Shown here piece after piece: positions 28,151 through 37,530 of a stretch of 64,000 nucleotides of DNA. Position numbers and translations under genes: made by a program. A model generated the notes under the pieces. That model was not told the DNA's origin. It did no database searches and worked only from the letters and a program-made list of their open reading frames with translations. Position 1 is the stretch's first letter. Every line of letters begins with the position of its first letter. Source of the DNA: an uncultured Bacilli bacterium (lineage in GTDB: Bacteria; Bacillota_I; Bacilli_A; RF39; UBA660); NCBI GenBank assembly GCA_934122275.1, contig CAKOWI010000004.1, forward strand, positions 12,830-76,829. The letters run 5' to 3'.

Positions 28151-29848
28151 TTAATAACTCTTACCTTTTTGCAATGAATCAATATAATTTTTCATATCCT
28201 TATTTCTACTATAATTTGAGCTTCTATAATTGTTAACTAAATCTATTATAAAATTCTTTTTATCATTGCTAAAATTATTCAAATTATAATTACTCGTTTT
28301 TCCTAAGCTATCATCAATAATTTTCATTGAATATGTATCATACCTATTTGATAGTTCTTCACAAGAGATATTATTGCTGTTTGAAATAACATTAAAAAGT
28401 TCCTGTTGAATTTCATCTTGAAATAAGATAAAATCTTTTGCATATTCAAAATTATCATATTCATTGTATTCCAAATGATTGTAACAATCTAGTTCCCAAG
28501 CTCTCATAAAATAAAATACTGTTTCAATGTCATTTATTTTTCCATTTGCTATAGCAGATGAAAGACCTTTATAAAATTGTTTTGTTAAATATATCACAGA
28601 ATCTTGTCTTGCTTCCATACGGATATGTAATTTATCATCATCCGTTAATTTCAATCCTACTTCTTTTTCATAATTCTCCCAAAAGTCGTCACATCTATCA
28701 CTAAACTGTCCCAATTCAACAGAATATGCAAATTTTAAAAAATCCATTTTATCACTTTTAGACACTATGCCTAATTTTTCGAACAATTCTTCCAGATTAT
28801 TAGTAAATGAAATATCTTTAAAGCTATCTATATCAAAGTCATCTTCAAAAATTCTACTTATAACATATGATTTCATATAAGATATTGGTTTTCTATATGT
28901 ACTAGGGCTAACATTCAAATAATTTGCCATTTCTAGCTCTGCACTACTTTCTAATATCCAACTACACCACAAAGGGTTAACGCTTACATTATCGTATCTT
29001 CTAAAAGGTCCAGCTTCAAGTCCGTTTTTATCATTTAAATCATTTGATTTATACTCTATCAAATGTTCTATTTCATGGACAATAACATTTTTTACCATTT
29101 CTTCTTTAGTTATGTTGTTTCCTCTAGTTAATTGGACCTTATAATACATATCCGTCATACTAGGATTATACTGTAAAGTAAATTCATCATTAACTAAAGC
29201 ATTTGATGCCATTCCAGTATTATTAAAAATAGTAAGTTTTTCAAGAATTCTGCAAATTTCTTTTACATCATATTTAGATGAATCTACTACTTCTTTAATG
29301 ATATTACATATTAGCATAATGTCAGAAGGATTAGTGTCTGAATAAAATGTGTTAACAGCATTAACTTTTCCTTCCTTATATTTTTTATTATTCTCAATAA
29401 CACTATTATATAATTTATTAGCATCAAGTTTACCATCAGTTCCTATTAAGTTATTACTTAAATTTTTATTGTCATTAGTAACACTATTATAAACCTTTAA
29501 AGCCTCTTCGATGTGATAATACTTAGAGTAATCGAAATCATCACTGTAATCATTGAGATTTTTTATAAATTCATCCTCATTAATACTATCCAAATTTATT
29601 TTAGTAGTTGATTTATTTTTTTTAACATATTCTTGTTCATCAATCACTTTAACGTCCATATTATAATTACCGTCAATGTATTTATCTTCATTGGTAACTT
29701 CTGTAATAGATGTAGAATTTTGACTATAATCACTAGGATGTTCAAAATCATAAAAGACTTTAACACCACCTACAATAGTTAATGTTCCAACCAGACCAAT
29801 TGAAATTAACGCCTTTTTAGGTCCACTTAATTTATACTTTTTTTTCAT
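28151..29848 (-). CDS. Membrane-anchored protein with HExxH zinc-metalloprotease-like motif
   Basis: About 565 aa. N-terminal signal anchor ALISIGLVGTLTIVGG. Contains VIVHEIEHLIEY, with ESSAELE about 45 residues downstream. Confidence 0.5.
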   Translation of the reverse strand: MKKKYKLSGPKKALISIGLVGTLTIVGGVKVFYDFEHPSDYSQNSTSITEVTNEDKYIDGNYNMDVKVIDEQEYVKKNKSTTKINLDSINEDEFIKNLNDYSDDFDYSKYYHIEEALKVYNSVTNDNKNLSNNLIGTDGKLDANKLYNSVIENNKKYKEGKVNAVNTFYSDTNPSDIMLICNIIKEVVDSSKYDVKEICRILEKLTIFNNTGMASNALVNDEFTLQYNPSMTDMYYKVQLTRGNNITKEEMVKNVIVHEIEHLIEYKSNDLNDKNGLEAGPFRRYDNVSVNPLWCSWILESSAELEMANYLNVSPSTYRKPISYMKSYVISRIFEDDFDIDSFKDISFTNNLEELFEKLGIVSKSDKMDFLKFAYSVELGQFSDRCDDFWENYEKEVGLKLTDDDKLHIRMEARQDSVIYLTKQFYKGLSSAIANGKINDIETVFYFMRAWELDCYNHLEYNEYDNFEYAKDFILFQDEIQQELFNVISNSNNISCEELSNRYDTYSMKIIDDSLGKTSNYNLNNFSNDKKNFIIDLVNNYRSSNYSRNKDMKNYIDSLQKGKSY

Positions 29849-29884
29849 AATAATCAACTCCCAGTTTTAATTATACAATAATTT

Positions 29885-29915
29885 AAAAATAAAAAAGTGA
29901 AAAATCACTTTTTTT
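29885..29915 (-). terminator. Terminator after the small-protein (WXG) operon
   Basis: Hairpin aaaagtga/tcactttt (29893-29912) with flanking T-run on the minus strand. Confidence 0.5.
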
Positions 29916-29922
29916 ACATAAA

Positions 29923-30231
29923 TTATATGATATTCGTTCTTTTTTTTATTTGACAATTTGGCAAACTCTCAGATTGTTTACTTAAATTAGAAATTAAACT
30001 GTCATAATTATTGTTACTATTAATGATTAAATTTCTAATATTATTAATTTCCTTTTTACATCTATTAAGGTCTGAAGCAGCACGTTTCAAACTCTGTTTT
30101 CTAGAAAAGTCACTAGGAATGCTTATTTGATAAAAATAATTTATTGATTTTTGAATAGCATTAACTACATCTTCTAGTACTAAAACACAATTAGAACGCA
30201 TAGCATCATAATTCAATTCAACTTTCGACAT
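29923..30231 (-). CDS. Small helical protein, T7SS-associated by context
   Basis: 102 aa. Separated from the upstream WXG gene by 1 nt. Confidence 0.45.
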   Translation of the reverse strand: MSKVELNYDAMRSNCVLVLEDVVNAIQKSINYFYQISIPSDFSRKQSLKRAASDLNRCKKEINNIRNLIINSNNNYDSLISNLSKQSESLPNCQIKKRTNII

Positions 30232-30232
30232 A

Positions 30233-30520
30233 CTACTTTCCCCACTTATTAATTATATTATTAACATTAACACCAGCATTTTTTATGGCACTACCATAAC
30301 ATTTCAAATAATTTCCAAAGGTCAAATAATTAGCTTTATCCAACAAAGCCCTTTGAGAATAAATTGAAGCACTTTTACCAGACCAGGCATTTTTTTCAAT
30401 ATTTGTTATTTTTTCAAATAAATCATTTATTAAATTAGTATATTCGTGCGATAAATTAATTATTTCTTCTCCACATTCTACTAATTTATTTCCATCAGCT
30501 GTCATCTTCGCCATAATCAT
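30233..30520 (-). CDS. WXG100-like protein
   Basis: 95 aa with a central W-S-G (NAWSGKSA) between two predicted helices. Forms an ATGA overlap with the upstream gene. Confidence 0.6.
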   Translation of the reverse strand: MIMAKMTADGNKLVECGEEIINLSHEYTNLINDLFEKITNIEKNAWSGKSASIYSQRALLDKANYLTFGNYLKCYGSAIKNAGVNVNNIINKWGK

Positions 30521-30810
30521 TGCCTCTCTACTTCCGTAAGATCATTAGTAATTTTCTCCAATTCCACATTAATATAATATAAAACATCAGTTAGCGTATT
30601 GATATCCTGTGATATTGAATTTTTTAATTTTGAAAGCTCATTATATTTATAAGGATAATTATTAACATTATAACTTTGTTTCAAGTTTGACATTGCCACA
30701 GATATATTATCCATCACATTATAGTTTTTAAGAGTATTAATCATATAAATCACATTTTCTCTCATGTTTCTATAATATGATCGTTTTCTACTTAAACTAG
30801 AAATATCCAT
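30517..30810 (-). CDS. Small helical protein, T7SS-associated by context
   Basis: 97 aa, no WXG motif. Translationally coupled to the downstream WXG gene. Confidence 0.45.
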   Translation of the reverse strand: MDISSLSRKRSYYRNMRENVIYMINTLKNYNVMDNISVAMSNLKQSYNVNNYPYKYNELSKLKNSISQDINTLTDVLYYINVELEKITNDLTEVERQ

Positions 30811-30821
30811 AATTTAAACCA

Positions 30822-31298
30822 TTAATGTTGTTCTGTATAAGTCTCAACACCACTTGAAAGACCAGATGCTTCTTGTGATACATCTTGTGATAATGTAGTA
30901 TCACTCTTTTTATATTCTTCTCCGTACTCATACATTCTATCACTATATGCCAAAAGTGAAGAAACATAAGCTTTTGCCACATCAGAAACCGCTTGAACAT
31001 ATTCTTTAGTTGCTGTTACAACTTCACCTTTTAAAGCATTATCTGTATTGGCTTCGGTATTTAACTTAGCTACTTCCTCTTGTACTCCATTAACATATGT
31101 TCTTATTGCTTCACGAATTGTTTCGATTGATGCATAATTTAAACCTACAAATGTTTCACCATTTTTTGCTACTGTAAAAGCTGTTCCAGCATAACCTTGA
31201 ACATTTGAAATTGTTCCTCTAAATTTATCACTAAAATTTTGTACTTTATCAATTGCTCTTCCAGCTTGGTTTTTAATATATTGTCCTATAGCTCCCAT
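30822..31298 (-). CDS. 158-aa Ala/Gly/Val/Thr-rich protein, candidate T7SS substrate
   Basis: Strong RBS aggagg. Composition is visibly less AT-skewed than its neighbours. No signal peptide. Confidence 0.5.
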   Translation of the reverse strand: MGAIGQYIKNQAGRAIDKVQNFSDKFRGTISNVQGYAGTAFTVAKNGETFVGLNYASIETIREAIRTYVNGVQEEVAKLNTEANTDNALKGEVVTATKEYVQAVSDVAKAYVSSLLAYSDRMYEYGEEYKKSDTTLSQDVSQEASGLSSGVETYTEQH

Positions 31299-31307
31299 AC
31301 TTTCCTC

Positions 31308-31610
31308 CTACTCTTCATCAACTAAATTGGCATCCATATCTAAAATATTTGATTGAATACCATTTAATTCATCCTCAAAAGTTTTTTGCAATTCCTTCAA
31401 AGTCTCAACCATTTGCTCTTTAGCTTTGTTTAAATTTGAAATAAATTGCTCAGGTGCATTTCCATGCCATCCATTTCTTACTGCATTTTCAACCTCTTCG
31501 GTTGCTCTAATTTTTGATGCAACATCGTTTAGAACAATAGAATTTACATCGTTAATGTAAGTTTGCATTCCTGTAATGTTTACACCATGATCTGCATTTT
31601 GAAAATCCAT
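31308..31610 (-). CDS. WXG100-family (EsxA-like) protein
   Basis: 100 aa from MDFQNADHG (RBS aggaagg). Central W-H-G (RNGWHGNAPEQF) in a helix-turn-helix layout. Confidence 0.65.
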   Translation of the reverse strand: MDFQNADHGVNITGMQTYINDVNSIVLNDVASKIRATEEVENAVRNGWHGNAPEQFISNLNKAKEQMVETLKELQKTFEDELNGIQSNILDMDANLVDEE

Positions 31611-31614
31611 AAAA

Positions 31615-31962
31615 TTACCTTCCTTCCTTGTAGTTTGTTGGAGCATTCATTTTCGACGCATCCTTTCTGATTTTCACGGATAAGTCATCCATATTTAACG
31701 CACACTTCTTTTTTAATAGTGAAAAATCATTGCCATAACTCATAAGATTTTGAATAATTGTATTATAATTTGATGAAAAAAGCTCATATTTAGCTCTCAA
31801 TTTATCAGCACTAGTACAATTATAATATGATCTAGTCTCTAATACCAAATCATTAATTTTATTAAGTATAATCTTAATTCTATTAGAGCAATCAGATATA
31901 TCTAATATCAATTTATTTATTTGTTGTTCATTTATTGCAACTATACCATTTGAGTTATTCAT
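31615..31962 (-). CDS. Small helical protein, T7SS-associated by context
   Basis: 115 aa from MNNSNG (RBS ggaggtg). No WXG motif. Confidence 0.45.
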   Translation of the reverse strand: MNNSNGIVAINEQQINKLILDISDCSNRIKIILNKINDLVLETRSYYNCTSADKLRAKYELFSSNYNTIIQNLMSYGNDFSLLKKKCALNMDDLSVKIRKDASKMNAPTNYKEGR

Positions 31963-32025
31963 ATACACCTCCACCATTACTACGATAAGTCTGCAACCTA
32001 TCCTAGTTTAATTAAATAACATTTA

Positions 32026-32058
32026 AAAATAATTGTCAATAGTTTTGACAATTATTTT
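32026..32058. terminator. 13-bp-stem palindrome between the yukD-like gene and the small-protein operon
   Basis: aaaataattgtca / tgacaattatttt with a 7-nt loop. Confidence 0.4.
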
Positions 32059-32163
32059 ACACTAAACATAAAATTTTGGTGAAATTTATCGGTTTATTCT
32101 CTAATAACATAATTTTTTGTCAAGTTACTTCACCATTTTACATAATAGTATACACAAAAACAA

Positions 32164-32418
32164 TTAAATTAATACCAATTTTGTACCATTTCTTATATCA
32201 GTTTCATATATAGTGTTATTTATATTATATCTCATTCCACTTTCATGATTATATAAATTTTGATTAACGTTACATCGGTACAAATCCTTAGTTTGTTCTA
32301 TTAGAAATTTATTAATGAGTTCAATAATGTTACCGATTTTTCTATTTACCGGCATTAATAAATCATAATTTTCATCTAACTCAGGAACGATTAATGTAAC
32401 AAAAACCTTATTTTCCAT
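32164..32418 (-). CDS. esaB: YukD/EsaB-like ubiquitin-fold T7SS protein
   Basis: 84 aa. ...YDLLMPVNRKIGNIIELI...DIRNGTKLVLI. Lies immediately downstream of essC. Confidence 0.7.
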   Translation of the reverse strand: MENKVFVTLIVPELDENYDLLMPVNRKIGNIIELINKFLIEQTKDLYRCNVNQNLYNHESGMRYNINNTIYETDIRNGTKLVLI

Positions 32419-32420
32419 TA

Positions 32421-35400
32421 CTAGTCACCCTCCTCATCAATAACGTACTTTATTATTGTATCGGTAGTACCTTGAGTAACAAAGCCAATATATGAGAACT
32501 GATCATTTAACTCTTGCATACTCAATTTATCAAAATTTAAAAGTATTTGTTCATTTGCTCCTTCACCTAACCATATACCATATTCTTGACTAAATACATC
32601 CTGATACCAATTCTCTATTTGAAGATTTTTAAATGAATCATAATTATCAAAAATTAATAGCTTTGACTTTTTAAATTTTGTTATATTGTCCATAAGTGAA
32701 TTAAAGTATTGTATATACTGCTCTGAAATTTGCTCTCTAAACTTGCTAAATCCAATTAATATGAATACACGCATCGTAGAATCTTGCTCTTTATTTATTT
32801 CTTTTATAACACTAACAAGTACTGTATCAAAATTATTATTATAAACAGTAACATCGTTTAAATAATCATTCCATAAGTTTAACGCATCTATAACTGTTAT
32901 ATTAGTATTTTCTAAATTTTTCATTTCCATACAAATTGATTTTATAAAATTAATTTTATCACTTATATTTTTTGACAATATTGGAGTGACTGAATTAATA
33001 CCAAAATCATATAAAAATACATCTTTCTCATTCTTAGAAAATCCTACTGGTACATTGTTTATATTGTTAACCTTATCTTTTATCATATCGAACGTAACAG
33101 TATCTGGTAATACAGCTATTTTTCTTGCTGTTCGTTTATATTTTTGATTTAAACTAATACCAGTTTCTTTTAGAGTTTTATTCATTTCATCTCTTTGTGC
33201 AACATATGCTGTTTGAAATTCATAAAAATGCTCATTATAAAGTGCAATTCCTCTACCAAACATTTTTTTAGGATATAATCCTTTTGGAGAGTTCAACACA
33301 CTTCTATAAACGTTTTCATCTGGTTGTTGTAATGAAATTTTATTTAAAAATAATTGTTGCATTCTAGCTCCGAGAGAATTATTTACAGAAGTTGTAATTA
33401 TAAATACAATACCATACTTTGAACCATCTCTTATTAACTGATTAAGTGCTTCAGCTAATCTTGCATTAGTTTCAACAAAAATTTCGTATGAGTTAATTAC
33501 AACAACTATTAAAGGCAGTGTACTGCCACTTTCTTTTATATAATTTTTATAATTTCCAGCATAATCAGTAAACAAATTCTTTCTTTTTGTTGCTTCTTCA
33601 TCAATCATTAATAAAGTATTTAGTATTAAATCGTTTTCATCAACGGTAGCAACAACTCCCACATGTGGGTATTTACTAAATATTCTAAGAGTTTCTGCTC
33701 CAAAATCAAAAATATAAAAATTAACTTCATCTGGACTATGGTTAATGCATGTTGAATATATTAAAGTTGTCAACAAATTTTCTTTACCAGAGCCAGCCAT
33801 TCCATAGACAAGTAAATGCCCTATATTAGACAAATCTATTGTTAATAAACCTTGATTTTGACTAGCAGGATCATCATATTCGCCGATAGCAGGATTAATC
33901 AAAAATGGTTTAGAATTATAACTATACTTCTCAATCATTCCATCTAAGTATATCACTGCAGGTATACTACTAAGCCATAGTTTATTAATACTTATCTTTT
34001 GCTGCTTAGAAACGTTTACGATATATTTAACTATATTGGTTAACTGATCACCTAAATTTACATCATTTTTCTTTATAGCATCTTGATTATCATCAATAAC
34101 TTTAATAACTTCCCCTATCTCATTTATGTATTCAATAGAACTATCAACTTTTCTGACAATTCTATCAGATGGAATATATTTAGCACCCGAATAACCTGAT
34201 TGACCTATGTCAAAGTACTCATCATAACCTACTTGTAAATAAAATCTACCTGTTTGTTTTATACTAGCGGCTTCTGGTCTTTTTAGCATTTCCATAGAGT
34301 CACCTCTATCTTGAACTTTTAGACATATTTTAAACTTTGAATTAGCCCAAATTTGATCATTTACCACACCAGATGGTTTTTGTGTTGCAAGAATTAAATG
34401 TACTCCTAAAGAACGTCCAATACGAGAAATTGAAATAAGTTCATTCATGAATTCTGGCTGTTGTGCCTTAAGTTCAGCAAATTCATCAGATATTATAAAT
34501 AAGTGTGCTATTGGTTCCTTTATTTTACCTTCTCTATACAATTTTTGATACTTATATATGTCAATGGTTCCTTCACCTAATCTATCACGCTCCTGATTGA
34601 ATTTTTTCTGCCTTCTTTTAAGTTCACTGTTGATAGATACTAATGACCTATTCATTTCGGCGGTATCTAGATTTGTAATCGTTCCTGCTAAATGAGGCAA
34701 ACAAATTCCTTTTTCTCTGTTTTCGAATGCACCAGCAAGTCCACCACCTTTATAGTCAATTAAAACAAATTGAACCTCATTCGGATGGAAATTTATAGCC
34801 ATTGATAAAACAAATGTAATTATAAATTCAGATTTACCAGAACCGGTAGAGCCCGCTATAAGGCCATGTGGTCCATGAGCTTTTTCATGTAAATCAAGTA
34901 TAAATAAATCACGATCTGCATGAACACCAATTGGAGTTTTTAAATTGTTAACAGGGTTGTTTTGTTCCCATCTATTAAGAATGTTCAATTGTTCAATCTT
35001 AGATACTCCATACATTTCAAGAAATGTTAAACTTTCTGGTAATACACTTTCCGACGACTTTATTGGTATAGGTATATTCGAAAGTTTCGAAGAGATTAAA
35101 TCCATATTAATATTTTGAATGTTAGGTAAATTAAACTGAGTAGTTATGCTTTGATCGTCTATCGGCTCAATTACATAACTATTATTTTCAAGCACATAAG
35201 TAAATGTTTGACATTGAGGTGGCAAATCAACCAAATTATCCTCAATAAACATTATTGAAAACCCTGTGTTGGTTTCACTTTTTAAAACTTCATTAATTAT
35301 CGGAACATCTTTTATCTTTTTATAGCAATCAGTAATAATTAAATAATATGGGGAAAAATTTTTATATGCACTATTATTGTCTCCACTATTTTGTGCATTT

Positions 35401-37001
35401 TTCTTAATATTTTCTTTTCTTTCTTTGAACTTTTTTTCAAGTAATTCAGAAATAATTTTAATATTCGCTATATTACTTGCATAATATCTATTACTTTTAT
35501 CTTCACTCCATACATGAGGTAAATTTTTAGCATATTCATACATTTCTTTTTGTTCGAGAAAAAATACTAACTTAAGATCTTGTGCTCCTTGAAGCGTTAA
35601 TAATTGCAAAATTATATTATCAACATAGTTTTTTTTAACAGTAGTGTTACAAATAATCGCAGAAAATCTATTTTTTGTCAATGATAAAGTAATTGGTACA
35701 TCAATTAAATTTTTAGATTTTTTTACTAATTCAAAAACTCTTTCTTCTAAATCATCTTCTTCTAAAGAAAATTTCTTCTCTTGTGCAGAAATTTTTATTT
35801 TAGCTTTTCTTTCACCATTTCCAACACTAATGTCTAAAAAGTCACTATCAAATATTTGTCTTTCCCACAGTCTTTTATTATTATTTAAAATAAAATTAGT
35901 ACATTCAGTCTGAGACGGATAATTAGTCTTTAATATGCTTGTCTGTTTATCTAAAATTCTATTTATCTCGTTTCTTTTTTCCTCCAAATATTTGCCGTAT
36001 TTTTCTTGCCTCAAATTCTCCTTCTTTTTTTTCTGTTTATTATTATATGCATTCGTAATTCTAGGCATTATCAAGCTTCCTATAACCAATGCTACACACA
36101 TTATTATCTGAGGTAGTAAACTAACAAACGACCTATTTCCGGATTGTAATCCAATTATAACGCTAAATCCCATCATAAATGATGATGCGGCCATGGTAAT
36201 GCTAGAACCAATAGTTAAAAAAATAGGAGTTTTTTCAACTTTGTCCTCTTCTGGAGGAGAATCTATTTTTATTTCTTCTTCTGTAACGTATTCTTTTATT
36301 CTAGGAATATGATAAAAATAAGAACCTTCATCATATAATTCAATATCATTATCATCAATGTTAATTTTTTCATAATTAGTATAATCAGTTGAAGATAAAT
36401 CGTTATAATATTGTAATCCATTTGTAATAATAGCATTCATTGGATTATTAAATTTTATAAAATCACCCATGTATATTATTTTTAAACCGTATAAAAATAT
36501 AACATCACCAGTTTTTAAAACCGCTTGCATAACATTTAAACCATTTACATATACACCTGGTCCAATTGCTTTTAAAATAACTGTTCCATTATTATTTTGA
36601 ATTACTATGTGTTCAGAGTTAATAAAATCACTGCGGTAACAAATATTGCAGTTTCCACTACCTATTGTGATGCTTGAAACATTAAACATACTTACACTAA
36701 TTAAATTACTTTCTACTTGGGGTAAACAATACAAAATTCTAGTGTTTCTATCAATTGATAATATTTCTAGCTCTTGATATGAATACTCTTTTAATACAGT
36801 ATCCAAAACTAAACTTCCGTTTTGTATAACATTGACTAGTCCGTTACTTTTTAATACCCACTTTCCATCCCTAGCTTCTATGTTAATATTGCATTCTTTT
36901 TTAGAACTAGTAGTCCTATATGGAATTAAAAAAGATCCTTGTATCTCGTGTGGCAAATTAAACTTAGTAATTTTATCATTATCTAAAATAAATATTTTCA
37001 T
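32421..37001 (-). CDS. essC: Type VII secretion FtsK/SpoIIIE-family ATPase EssC
   Basis: About 1526 aa. N-terminal FHA-like region, two TM helices (about aa 265-320), three ATPase modules. The first P-loop is GSTGSGKSE. Confidence 0.9.
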   Translation of the reverse strand: MKIFILDNDKITKFNLPHEIQGSFLIPYRTTSSKKECNINIEARDGKWVLKSNGLVNVIQNGSLVLDTVLKEYSYQELEILSIDRNTRILYCLPQVESNLISVSMFNVSSITIGSGNCNICYRSDFINSEHIVIQNNNGTVILKAIGPGVYVNGLNVMQAVLKTGDVIFLYGLKIIYMGDFIKFNNPMNAIITNGLQYYNDLSSTDYTNYEKINIDDNDIELYDEGSYFYHIPRIKEYVTEEEIKIDSPPEEDKVEKTPIFLTIGSSITMAASSFMMGFSVIIGLQSGNRSFVSLLPQIIMCVALVIGSLIMPRITNAYNNKQKKKKENLRQEKYGKYLEEKRNEINRILDKQTSILKTNYPSQTECTNFILNNNKRLWERQIFDSDFLDISVGNGERKAKIKISAQEKKFSLEEDDLEERVFELVKKSKNLIDVPITLSLTKNRFSAIICNTTVKKNYVDNIILQLLTLQGAQDLKLVFFLEQKEMYEYAKNLPHVWSEDKSNRYYASNIANIKIISELLEKKFKERKENIKKNAQNSGDNNSAYKNFSPYYLIITDCYKKIKDVPIINEVLKSETNTGFSIMFIEDNLVDLPPQCQTFTYVLENNSYVIEPIDDQSITTQFNLPNIQNINMDLISSKLSNIPIPIKSSESVLPESLTFLEMYGVSKIEQLNILNRWEQNNPVNNLKTPIGVHADRDLFILDLHEKAHGPHGLIAGSTGSGKSEFIITFVLSMAINFHPNEVQFVLIDYKGGGLAGAFENREKGICLPHLAGTITNLDTAEMNRSLVSINSELKRRQKKFNQERDRLGEGTIDIYKYQKLYREGKIKEPIAHLFIISDEFAELKAQQPEFMNELISISRIGRSLGVHLILATQKPSGVVNDQIWANSKFKICLKVQDRGDSMEMLKRPEAASIKQTGRFYLQVGYDEYFDIGQSGYSGAKYIPSDRIVRKVDSSIEYINEIGEVIKVIDDNQDAIKKNDVNLGDQLTNIVKYIVNVSKQQKISINKLWLSSIPAVIYLDGMIEKYSYNSKPFLINPAIGEYDDPASQNQGLLTIDLSNIGHLLVYGMAGSGKENLLTTLIYSTCINHSPDEVNFYIFDFGAETLRIFSKYPHVGVVATVDENDLILNTLLMIDEEATKRKNLFTDYAGNYKNYIKESGSTLPLIVVVINSYEIFVETNARLAEALNQLIRDGSKYGIVFIITTSVNNSLGARMQQLFLNKISLQQPDENVYRSVLNSPKGLYPKKMFGRGIALYNEHFYEFQTAYVAQRDEMNKTLKETGISLNQKYKRTARKIAVLPDTVTFDMIKDKVNNINNVPVGFSKNEKDVFLYDFGINSVTPILSKNISDKINFIKSICMEMKNLENTNITVIDALNLWNDYLNDVTVYNNNFDTVLVSVIKEINKEQDSTMRVFILIGFSKFREQISEQYIQYFNSLMDNITKFKKSKLLIFDNYDSFKNLQIENWYQDVFSQEYGIWLGEGANEQILLNFDKLSMQELNDQFSYIGFVTQGTTDTIIKYVIDEEGD

Positions 37002-37216
37002 AACGACCACCAACCTCTATTTTCCTATTCTATACATAATTATACTTGTAATTGGCTTACTTGTCAATTTATAACAAGATTGAATTTTACTGATTTACAA
37101 AAAATATTACTCTAGTTACTTTTAAAGAACGTTTTACATTTTTAAATCATTTTCATACTCTTTCATCATTCTTCTTAAATTGTTTAATTCAAATACAATT
37201 TTCTTTATAATAAAAA

Positions 37217-37236
37217 ATTGAAGAACACTCTTCAAT
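37217..37236 (-). terminator. Terminator immediately after ylxM
   Basis: Hairpin attgaaga/tcttcaat followed by a T-run on the minus strand. Abuts the ylxM stop codon. Confidence 0.5.
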
Positions 37237-37530
37237 TTATATAATTTCTTCAAATTTTTCTCTTAATTCATCATCTTTTATAGACTCTATTAGTTCTTTT
37301 AATTTATTTTCCTTCTCATTTAGCCTTAATTTTTCTTCGAAAAATAAAAGCTTACTTTCAGTACTTTTTATATGCTTATGAATAGCATTACGACTTATAC
37401 CACTATTTTCTGATATCTCTGCTAAAGATAAATTATCAAAATAATAATCCTCAAAATACTTTTTATTATCTTCATTTAATAAATCACCATAGTAATCATA
37501 CAAAATAATTAAATTATCCCTATTTTCCAT
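37237..37530 (-). CDS. ylxM: YlxM (UPF0122) putative DNA-binding protein
   Basis: 97 aa. ...LYDYYGDLLNEDNKKYFEDYYFDNLSLAEISENSGISRNAIHKHIK... . Directly follows ftsY. Confidence 0.85.
   Translation of the reverse strand: MENRDNLIILYDYYGDLLNEDNKKYFEDYYFDNLSLAEISENSGISRNAIHKHIKSTESKLLFFEEKLRLNEKENKLKELIESIKDDELREKFEEII

Noticed and set aside
30797-31000. 67-aa ORF overlapping the 3' end of the 158-aa T7SS-operon gene and the intergenic spacer.
   Set aside because: It is out of frame with, and mostly inside, the better-supported 30822..31298 gene (strong RBS, coherent composition). It has no RBS of its own.
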